Origin: Vicinamibacterales bacterium
Lineage (GTDB): Bacteria > Acidobacteriota > Vicinamibacteria > Vicinamibacterales > UBA2999
DNA: 64,000 nt
Assembly: GCA_040081265.1 (NCBI GenBank)
Contig: JBEBGV010000001.1
Coordinates: 200,559 to 264,558 of the forward strand
Reading direction: 5' to 3'
Part shown: positions 37,250 to 47,429 of the stretch, piece after piece
How the letters are laid out: every line of letters starts with the position of its first letter
How positions within the stretch are numbered: the first letter of the stretch is position 1
Made by a program: the position numbers and the translations under genes
Notes under the pieces: model-generated
Seen by the model: the letters and a program-made list of their open reading frames with translations, nothing else
Databases searched by the model: none
Told to the model about the DNA's origin: nothing

Positions 37250-37552
37250 ATGGATGACGTCGTGAACCGGTTCGCGAAAGAGCTGGCCGACGCGATCGCC
37301 GCTGCCATCGCCGACAACCCGCAGGTGGAATCGTGCCGCAACCGCGCGCGCGATGCCGGCTACGACATGCGGGTTACGCTCGAAGCCGTGGTGGGATTCG
37401 TCAATCGCAGTACGGGCACGGCGGTGACCAAGGTGACGACGCCGGCACGGGTGTTACCGGCGCGTCGTCACTTCGAACTCACCACCAATGATCGACGGTT
37501 TCTGCGCTCGCTCCGCATCGGTGCGGACGAGGCGAAAGAAGCGGTTGAATAA
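37250..37552 (+). CDS. Hypothetical 100-aa protein
   Basis: ATG preceded by GAGAGGAG-N5. No motif recognised. It forms the C-terminal part of ORF 37169..37552. Confidence 0.5.
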   Translation: MDDVVNRFAKELADAIAAAIADNPQVESCRNRARDAGYDMRVTLEAVVGFVNRSTGTAVTKVTTPARVLPARRHFELTTNDRRFLRSLRIGADEAKEAVE

Positions 37553-37557
37553 GGCGA

Positions 37558-38307
37558 CTAGTTGACGGTGCGGCCCTGGTTGGCAACAGCCGCGGCCGCC
37601 CGCTTCACCGCCTCCGCATCGCCCAGATAGAACTTCTGCAGCGGCTTCAGCTCGTCGTTGAGCAAGTACACGAGCGGAACTCCGGTGGGGATGTTCAGCT
37701 CCACGATCTCTTCTTCTGACACGTTGTCCAGATACTTCACCAGCGCGCGCAGGCTGTTGCCGTGCGCAGTGATCAGTGTCCGCTGCCCGGCCCTGATGCC
37801 TGGAGCGATGGTGTTGTGCCAATAGGGAAGAAAACGCGCCACGGTGTCCTTCAGCGACTCGGCGAGCGGGATTTCGTGTTTCTTGAGAGACGCGTAGCGT
37901 CGGTCGTGTGAGGGGTGACGCGGATCTTCAGCGGTCAGCGGCGGCGGAGGAATGTCGTAGCTGCGCCGCCAGATCTTGACCTGCGCCTCGCTGTGCCTGG
38001 CGGCGGTCTCGGCCTTGTTGAGGCCCTGCAATGCCCCGTAGTGACGCTCGTTCAGGCGCCAGGATCGCTGCACCGGAACCCAGAGGAGGTCCATCTCATC
38101 GAGCGCCATCCACAGGGTGCGGATGGCGCGCTTCAACACGGAGGTGTGGGCGACGTCGAACTCGAACTTCTCCGCGGCCATCAGGCGCCCTGCTTCGCGC
38201 GCCTCCGCCCGGCCCTTGTCGCTGAGGTCTACGTCGGTCCAGCCGGTGAAGCGGTTTTCCTGATTCCACGTGCTCTCGCCGTGACGGAGCAGAACGAGTC
38301 GATACAT
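37558..38307 (-). CDS. gpmA: 2,3-bisphosphoglycerate-dependent phosphoglycerate mutase
   Basis: [10 protein letters not shown] catalytic His motif, 249 aa, and [11 protein letters not shown]. Confidence 0.93.
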   Translation of the reverse strand: MYRLVLLRHGESTWNQENRFTGWTDVDLSDKGRAEAREAGRLMAAEKFEFDVAHTSVLKRAIRTLWMALDEMDLLWVPVQRSWRLNERHYGALQGLNKAETAARHSEAQVKIWRRSYDIPPPPLTAEDPRHPSHDRRYASLKKHEIPLAESLKDTVARFLPYWHNTIAPGIRAGQRTLITAHGNSLRALVKYLDNVSEEEIVELNIPTGVPLVYLLNDELKPLQKFYLGDAEAVKRAAAAVANQGRTVN

Positions 38308-38321
38308 GAGCGTGTGCGGTC

Positions 38322-41005
<2,684 letters not shown>

Positions 41006-41113
41006 GCGCGAACGGGCCGTCCGAACCTGAAAGGGGAACCGAAGCAGCATGATACCACGCGACTGAACCGGTAAGCGGGCCACATCTCCATGCGATCCAG
41101 TAATTTAAGAGCG

Positions 41114-41143
41114 TTGACTTGCCTTTGGGAGAATGCCTATGAT
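41114..41143 (+). promoter_or_regulatory. Sigma-70-like promoter TTGACT-18 nt-TATGAT
   Basis: Read directly from the sequence. About 75 nt upstream of the ATG at 41219, in an AT-enriched divergent region. Confidence 0.45.
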
Positions 41144-41218
41144 CAGCCGGTTCTGCTCCTGCCAGGGCGGGAGTGTCTCTATTAGATTCCGCGAGATTTT
41201 CAAGTGAGGCATGGGGTC

Positions 41219-42337
41219 ATGAATATTCGTCGAGTCGTCACGCTGTCCATGGCCCTTGTGGTCTTCGCGAGCGCGACATCAACACTGTTGGCGCAGCGAG
41301 GGGGCCGTGGTGGCGCTCCGAACGTGGCCGCGCAGCGTGAGGAACAGCAGCGCAACAAGAATCAGCAGGCCGACGTCGTAGCGATCAACCAGATGCTGGC
41401 GGCGGCAACCACCGCGCAGCCGGTGAGTCCGACGAGCACGGCGGCCGACGAGCAGCAGGGCGCCGTCAAGGTCACCTGGGAGATGAACCACTTCATCAAG
41501 GGCCAGGGTGGGCTGGCGTACGTGCCGTTCACCATCGTGGTCGACCGGGCGGCGCTGACGTCGGAAAAGGTTGTCGTGACCCTGCGCGCGGTCAACAAGA
41601 ACGCGCCAGCAGCCCCGGCCGCGGCGGCCCCTCCAGCCGACAACCGCAATAACCGCAATCAGCCTGCTGCCGCGCCCGCGCCGATGTACGCCTGGAACGA
41701 CTTCGACTTCTTGTCCCTCAAAGACGATGGCAAGGTGTCGCGGGCGATGATGCTGCCAGCGGGCGACTACGACCTGTTCGTCGTTGTCAAGGATCAGTCA
41801 AACGGTGACAACAAGCAGATGCCGAAATCGGGCATGCTCCGCAGGAAGCTCTCGGTGCCTGATTTTTCGAAGACCGAGCTCATGACGAGCAGCGTGCTCC
41901 TGGGCGGCATCGATGAACTGCCCTCAGCCCTCCCAGCCAATCAGCAGCGCGAGAACCCCTACACGTTCGGGCCCATGAAGGTGACCCCGACGGTGAACGG
42001 CAAGTTCGCGAAGACCTCAGAGCTGGCGCTCATCTTCTGGATCTATGGCGCTGGAACTGACGCGATTTCGCGCCGTCCGAACCTGACGGTCGACTACAGC
42101 TTCTACCAGAAGAACGCGGACGGTACCGAGAAGTACTTCAACAAGACCGCGCCTCAGGAGCTCAACTCGATGACGCTGCCGCCGGAGATGGATGGCAGCA
42201 CGGGACTTCCCGGAGTCATGTCTGTGCCGATGATGGTGTTCCCGGCCGCCGACTACCGGCTCGAGATCAAGGTGTCAGACAAGGCGTCGGGCAAGACGGT
42301 GACGCAGAATCTGAACTTCACAGTGAACCCTTCGTAG
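41219..42337 (+). CDS. Secreted hypothetical protein with a low-complexity Ala/Pro/Asn linker
   Basis: Signal peptide MNIRRVVTLSMALVVFASATSTLLAQ. Linker APAAPAAAAPPADNRNNRNQPAAAPAP. The flanks are beta-rich. Confidence 0.5.
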   Translation: MNIRRVVTLSMALVVFASATSTLLAQRGGRGGAPNVAAQREEQQRNKNQQADVVAINQMLAAATTAQPVSPTSTAADEQQGAVKVTWEMNHFIKGQGGLAYVPFTIVVDRAALTSEKVVVTLRAVNKNAPAAPAAAAPPADNRNNRNQPAAAPAPMYAWNDFDFLSLKDDGKVSRAMMLPAGDYDLFVVVKDQSNGDNKQMPKSGMLRRKLSVPDFSKTELMTSSVLLGGIDELPSALPANQQRENPYTFGPMKVTPTVNGKFAKTSELALIFWIYGAGTDAISRRPNLTVDYSFYQKNADGTEKYFNKTAPQELNSMTLPPEMDGSTGLPGVMSVPMMVFPAADYRLEIKVSDKASGKTVTQNLNFTVNPS

Positions 42338-42342
42338 CTGCA

Positions 42343-44241
42343 ATGTCGAACGCCGGAGGTATGCCCATGACCCGTCTGATCGCCTGCTGCCACGTTGCGC
42401 TCGCGGTGTCGATGGCTGGGACCACCCCGGCGTTTGCTCAGTTCTCGGCGCGGACGGCGCCGTCCCTCATTCGGCAGATCGCGGCGACGACCCAGGGCGA
42501 ACTCCGCGGGTCTGTGCTCGATGACCGTCGCCTCCCGCTTTCTGGCGTAGTTGTCTCCGCGGTGGGTTCGACCAGTGCCTTCGCGGTGACCGAGCGCGAC
42601 GGATCCTTTGTCGTCAAGAATCTTCCCGCCGGGCCGTACCTGGTCCGCGTGCACCTTCAAGGGTACCTGGCGCCGCGTGCACGCGTCGTTCAGGTCAATG
42701 GCGGCACGCAGCAGGTGTCGGCAATCTCGATGACGCCCAGGGAGGGCTCCGGCCGTCAGGTGCTCGAAGCGGGCGTTGGCGGCAGCCAGGAGCGCAGGGA
42801 CGGCGAGACCGCTGAACCCACCATCGATCGCAGCGAGGTGGCCTGGCGGTTACGGCATCTGAAGCGCAGCGTCCTCAAGGACGTCGATGAAGAGTTGTTC
42901 GTGGACGACGACAGCGAGGTCGTGGCAGGGGGGTGGACTCCCGCATATGGCGCCCGCCAGACAACGGTTGGCGGGTGGCTTACGGAGCTGCCGTTCTATG
43001 GCCGCGTGGACCTGCTGACGAGTACGTCGTTTGACCGTCCGCAGGATCTGTTCAGCCTTGATCTGGCTGCTCCCGTCGGCGTCACATCCCTGGCGCTGGC
43101 CGCGCCGATCGGGGCGGGTGACTGGTCGGTGCAGGCCGGGCTGACGCAGGGCGACATCGCGTCGTGGATTGTGTCGAGTTCGTTCGCACGCCGTGGTCCA
43201 ACGGCTCATCACTACGAGGCGGGAATTTCGTACGGTGCCCAGAGGTACATGGGTGGCAACGCCTATATGCTGGCCGCCTACTCTGACGGCAGCAGGAACG
43301 TGGGTGAGATCTACGCGACCGATCGCTGGTCAGCGAATCGTCATCTCGAAGTGAACTACGGTGCGAAATACGCGCGCTACGACTATCTGAATCATCGCGG
43401 TCTGTTGAGCCCGAGCCTGAGCGTGACCATCACCCCGGATCTCGAGAGCAGCCTTCGCCTGAATGCCTCGGCGTCCCGTCGTGAGATGGCCCCCGGTGCT
43501 GAAGAATTCCTGGCTCCCAGCACGGGGCCGTGGATGCCGCCACAGCGCACCTTCTCGCCGCTTTCTCGCCGCAGCGGGTTCGAGCGTGAACGTGTCGACA
43601 CGATCGAGGTGAGCGCCGAGCGGCAGTGGGCGGGCGATTTCATGATCGGCGTCCGTGCATTCAAGCAGGAAGTCGATGGTCAGGTCGTCACGCTGTTTGG
43701 GCTCGCGAATGCGAACTCTCCGGTCGCTGGTGTCGGGCACTACTACGTGGCCTCGGTTGGCGACTTCGACGCGCGTGGGTGGGGCCTGAGCGTGACTCGG
43801 AAGATGCTCGACGGTGTGCGCGCCTCGGTCGACTATACGGTGACCGACGCCACGTGGGGACGAGCGGGCACGGATGCGCTGCTGCTCTCGAGAGTCGCCG
43901 GCTCGACCGTCCGCAGCGATACTGAGCGCACATACGACTTGAAAGCGGCGGTCGAGAGTGAGCTCCCGCAGACCGATACCCGTTTTTTCGTGGTCTACAA
44001 GATCAACTCCGGGTTTGCCTCACCCGACAGAAGCGCGCCGCAGCGCAACGTCGGCGCCCGGTTCGACGTGCAGGTCAATCAGGGGCTCCCATTCCTGAAC
44101 TTCGCCACATCCCAGTGGGAGATGCTCGTTGCGGTCCGCAATATGTTCAGGGATGGTCTGAGCGACGCATCGGTCTACGACGAACTCCTGGTGCTGCGGG
44201 CTCCCAAGCGGATCATCGGCGGCCTCACCGTCCGTTTCTAG
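42343..44241 (+). CDS. Outer-membrane beta-barrel protein with an N-terminal CarboxypepD_reg domain
   Basis: Signal peptide ...TTPAFAQ. GSVLDDRRLPLSGVVVSAVGSTSAFAVTERDGSFVVKNLPAGPYLVRV. The C-terminus is GGLTVRF. No obvious TonB box or plug was recognised. Confidence 0.6.
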   Translation: MSNAGGMPMTRLIACCHVALAVSMAGTTPAFAQFSARTAPSLIRQIAATTQGELRGSVLDDRRLPLSGVVVSAVGSTSAFAVTERDGSFVVKNLPAGPYLVRVHLQGYLAPRARVVQVNGGTQQVSAISMTPREGSGRQVLEAGVGGSQERRDGETAEPTIDRSEVAWRLRHLKRSVLKDVDEELFVDDDSEVVAGGWTPAYGARQTTVGGWLTELPFYGRVDLLTSTSFDRPQDLFSLDLAAPVGVTSLALAAPIGAGDWSVQAGLTQGDIASWIVSSSFARRGPTAHHYEAGISYGAQRYMGGNAYMLAAYSDGSRNVGEIYATDRWSANRHLEVNYGAKYARYDYLNHRGLLSPSLSVTITPDLESSLRLNASASRREMAPGAEEFLAPSTGPWMPPQRTFSPLSRRSGFERERVDTIEVSAERQWAGDFMIGVRAFKQEVDGQVVTLFGLANANSPVAGVGHYYVASVGDFDARGWGLSVTRKMLDGVRASVDYTVTDATWGRAGTDALLLSRVAGSTVRSDTERTYDLKAAVESELPQTDTRFFVVYKINSGFASPDRSAPQRNVGARFDVQVNQGLPFLNFATSQWEMLVAVRNMFRDGLSDASVYDELLVLRAPKRIIGGLTVRF

Positions 44242-44286
44242 CTCCTCGACTCTAGTCCGCTGGTCTACGGGTCCTGCCGCACGCGA

Positions 44287-44326
44287 CCGAATCCGACCCG
44301 ATTCGGGATAATGGATGCGCTATCCC
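44287..44326. promoter_or_regulatory. Two adjacent palindromes: CCGAATC-N6-GATTCGG and GGGATA-N10-TATCCC (candidate activator sites)
   Basis: Read directly from the sequence. About 100-130 nt upstream of the -24/-12-like element. Confidence 0.3.
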
Positions 44327-44358
44327 GTATCTTGAACGACCGGCGAGGCTGAGTGGTA

Positions 44359-44406
44359 GGATCCCCGTTAAACAACTGATTTTTATTGGTTTATCTGGCG
44401 GGATCC
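44359..44406. promoter_or_regulatory. GGATCCC...GGGATCC inverted repeat bracketing an AT-rich island with an IHF-like site
   Basis: The core is cgttaaacaactgatttttattggtttatctggc. The minus strand of 44369-44381 reads AATCAGTTGTTTA, which fits WATCARNNNNTTR. Confidence 0.3.
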
Positions 44407-44417
44407 CGGGAGGGCCG

Positions 44418-44433
44418 CGGTACGTCGTTTGCT
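44418..44433 (+). promoter_or_regulatory. Sigma-54 (-24/-12) promoter-like element CGGTACGTCGTTTGCT
   Basis: Compared with TGGCAC-N5-TTGCW, the GG and GC are correctly spaced, the -12 TTGCT is perfect and the -24 hexamer has two mismatches. It lies 69 nt upstream of the kinase GTG. Confidence 0.4.
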
Positions 44434-44501
44434 GATTTCCACCAGTTGGTCGTTGTCTCGCCGGGGCGGTTTGGGCTTTCACCTGCGGTAGAACGTTCAC
44501 T

Positions 44502-47417
44502 GTGACCACAAGTCGGCTCTCAGGCGGCGCGACCCCAGCCTCACGGTGGGGGCATTCGGCAATCCCAATTGTCGTCACGGCGTTACTGGTCTGCCTGGGC
44601 CTGGCCAACGTCGCCGCGCTGGCCACCTGGCGAGAGGTTGAGGATGGCGTCCTCTGGCGCCTGAGCCCCGAAGGCGTGACCGCCTTCGAAATTGCCCCGA
44701 ACACACCGGCCGCCCAGGTCGGTCTCGAGCCGGGGGACCTTCTCCTGGCCGTCGACGATCGCGCCGTTCAGGACGTCGCTGACGTCGGTGACGCTCTGGC
44801 CGGCGTCGGACCGGGTGAATCGGTTCGATACACGGTCCTGCGCCTCGGCACTCGAGAAGTGCTGGACGTGCGGCTCGCACCCATCCCCAACGCGTCGGGC
44901 GCCCTCTATTTCCTGCTCGCAGCCGTCGGCATCTTCAGCCTTCTCGTGGGTGCCGCCGTCAGATTGCGACGCCCCTTCGATCAGGCCACCCTGCACTTCT
45001 TCTGGCTGTCGGCGGCGTTTTTCGGTCTCTTCACCTTCTCATTCAGCGGACGCCTCGACCGTCTGGACTGGGTGTTCTACTGGGGCGACGTCACCGCCAC
45101 GCTGCTGCTGCCCCCGCTTTTCCTGCATTTCACCCTTGTCTTCCCGGAGCGCACGCGCCGCTGGACCTATCGCGTCCTGGGACGGTCGGTGCTCCCGCTC
45201 ATCTACGTGCCTGCGGCGATCCTGGCCACCGCGCGCATCGTCGCGGTGCTGCGAAGCGCCTCGGACGCGTCGGCGTTCATCCGCGTGGTCGAGATGCTCG
45301 ATCGGCTCGAGCTCTCGTATATGGCGCTCTGCTTCATCATGGGGCTGGCCACCCTCAGCTTCGCGGCCGGCGAGGTCCGTTCGATCACCGGGCGGCGGCA
45401 GCTGCGATGGATTGCCTGGGGCACAGCCCTTGGCGTGGGGCCGTTTGCGTGCGGCTACGCGATACCTTACGCGCTCGGCGTGGAACCATCGCTTCCAATG
45501 CAGCTCTCGGTCATCCCGATGAGCCTGATTCCCCTGTCGTACGCGTCGGCGCTGGTCCGCTACCGCCTGCTCGACATCGAAATCATCGTCAAGCGCGTCT
45601 TCGTGTACGCCGTAGCGCTCGCCGCGGTGCTGGCGATTTATGTCGTGCTGCTCGAGGGCGCCGACCGCGTGTATCGCACAGGCGAGGGCGGTCGCGACTG
45701 GATCATCGTCGTTCTTGCGATGCTGGTGGCTGTCTTGCTGGCGCCGCCGGTCAAGGGCGCCGTCCAGACGATGCTCGATCGTCTGTTCTATCGCGACCGC
45801 TACGACTACAGGCGTGCGCTGGTGGGTTTTGCCCGGGACCTCAACAGCGATCTCGACCTGCATCGGCTGGCAGACCGGCTCGTCGGCAGGGTTGTCGACA
45901 CGCTCCTGGTCGACCGCATGGCGCTCATGCTCGCTGATGAAATCACCACACACTTCGGATCCATTCGCGCGTCAGGCTTCGGCGATCACCATCCACCCGC
46001 CATGCACCGGATGTCAGGTGTCGGCGGCCGGCTGAGTGAAGGGCACATCGTGACCCTCGACGACCCGGTTGCCGTCAGCCGGTTTGCGGTCGAGGAGATC
46101 GAGTTCTGGCGGGACGCAGGTCTCTACTACTTCGTACCGTGCGTGGCCAACGACGGTGCGATGGCGGTGCTGGCGCTCGGGCGCAAGTCGTCCGGGGAGC
46201 CGCTGAACAGCGAAGACATCGGTCTGCTCACGGCGGTCGCCGGGCAGATGGCGACCGCGCTCGAGAACGCGCGCCTCTACCGACAGCTCCACGTGAAGGC
46301 CCAGGAACTGGACCGGCTTCGCACCTTCAACGAGAACATCCTCGAGTCGCTCGACAGCGGTCTGCTGGTGCTCGATCTCGACGATCGCATTGTGCGCTGG
46401 AATACCGCCCTCGAGGAGATGTACGGCCTTTCCCGAGTCGAGGTCAGCGGGCGTCGTCTGGGTGAGGTGTTCGACGCTGCCTTCGTCGAAACGGTCATCG
46501 CGGCCCGTCGTCAGGGATCGGGCGCCATGGCGAGGGCCCGGACCGTCCTCACCGGGCGAGGAACCGCGCAGGGACGTTCGATGATTCTCACGCTCGCGGT
46601 GGTTCCGCTCCGCTCGGCTGACGATGGTGGCCGGACGACCACGGCGGGGACGATCGTGCTGCTCGAGAACGTGACCGAACGCGTGCAGCTCGAAGAGCAG
46701 TTGCAGATCTCCGAAAAGATGGCGTCGATCGGCTTGCTGGCAGCTGGCGTCGCTCACGAAGTCAACACGCCGCTGACAGGCATTTCGAGCTTCACACAGA
46801 TGTTGCTCGAGGGTGCAAGCCCTGACGATCCACGCACGCGTCTCCTCGAGAAGATCGAACGTCAGACGTTCAGGGCAGCCAAGATCGTCAACAGCCTCCT
46901 GAACCTGTCGCGGCCCGTCGCTGGTGGTGCCACCGACGTGGCGCCGGTCGACCTCAATACGGTCATCACCGACGTTCTCTCGTTACTCGAACACCAGTTC
47001 GAGCTATGCCGTATCAAAGTGCGTCGCGAGCTCCACCCCGATCCGGTGCCGGTGCTGGGGACCGAGTACAAGCTGCAGCAGGTGTTCCTGAATCTCTTCC
47101 TCAATGCGAAAGACGCCATGCCCAAGGGGGGCTGGCTGTCCATTTCCACGAGCGAGGACGCCGGACGCATCACCGCTGAGGTCAGCGACACGGGGTCTGG
47201 TATCCCGGCCGACCACCTGTCCCGGATCTACGACCCGTTCTTCACGACCAAGGTGATTGGACAGGGAACGGGTCTCGGGTTGTCGATCTCCTACGGCATT
47301 GTCCGCGAGCACAATGGCACCATCGACTGCGAAAGTTCGCTCGGACAGGGCACGCGATTCATGATCGGATTTCCCGCGGTGCAGGCCGAGCGCGGGTTGC
47401 GCGCCGCGCAACGCTGA
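44502..47417 (+). CDS. Sensor histidine kinase: TM, PDZ, multi-TM, GAF-like, PAS, HisKA and HATPase domains
   Basis: 971 aa with a GTG start. PDZ-like GLEPGDLLLAVDDRAV...VRYTVLRLG between TM1 and roughly eight further helices. H-box VAHEVNTPL, N-box LNAKDAMP, G1 DTGSGI, G2 GTGLGLS. Confidence 0.85.
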   Translation: MTTSRLSGGATPASRWGHSAIPIVVTALLVCLGLANVAALATWREVEDGVLWRLSPEGVTAFEIAPNTPAAQVGLEPGDLLLAVDDRAVQDVADVGDALAGVGPGESVRYTVLRLGTREVLDVRLAPIPNASGALYFLLAAVGIFSLLVGAAVRLRRPFDQATLHFFWLSAAFFGLFTFSFSGRLDRLDWVFYWGDVTATLLLPPLFLHFTLVFPERTRRWTYRVLGRSVLPLIYVPAAILATARIVAVLRSASDASAFIRVVEMLDRLELSYMALCFIMGLATLSFAAGEVRSITGRRQLRWIAWGTALGVGPFACGYAIPYALGVEPSLPMQLSVIPMSLIPLSYASALVRYRLLDIEIIVKRVFVYAVALAAVLAIYVVLLEGADRVYRTGEGGRDWIIVVLAMLVAVLLAPPVKGAVQTMLDRLFYRDRYDYRRALVGFARDLNSDLDLHRLADRLVGRVVDTLLVDRMALMLADEITTHFGSIRASGFGDHHPPAMHRMSGVGGRLSEGHIVTLDDPVAVSRFAVEEIEFWRDAGLYYFVPCVANDGAMAVLALGRKSSGEPLNSEDIGLLTAVAGQMATALENARLYRQLHVKAQELDRLRTFNENILESLDSGLLVLDLDDRIVRWNTALEEMYGLSRVEVSGRRLGEVFDAAFVETVIAARRQGSGAMARARTVLTGRGTAQGRSMILTLAVVPLRSADDGGRTTTAGTIVLLENVTERVQLEEQLQISEKMASIGLLAAGVAHEVNTPLTGISSFTQMLLEGASPDDPRTRLLEKIERQTFRAAKIVNSLLNLSRPVAGGATDVAPVDLNTVITDVLSLLEHQFELCRIKVRRELHPDPVPVLGTEYKLQQVFLNLFLNAKDAMPKGGWLSISTSEDAGRITAEVSDTGSGIPADHLSRIYDPFFTTKVIGQGTGLGLSISYGIVREHNGTIDCESSLGQGTRFMIGFPAVQAERGLRAAQR

Positions 47418-47429
47418 GGCGGCACTCCT

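Noticed and set aside
45039-45953. 304-aa minus-strand ORF inside the histidine kinase gene
   Set aside because: It is antisense to the kinase membrane region, has no motifs and shows shadow composition.
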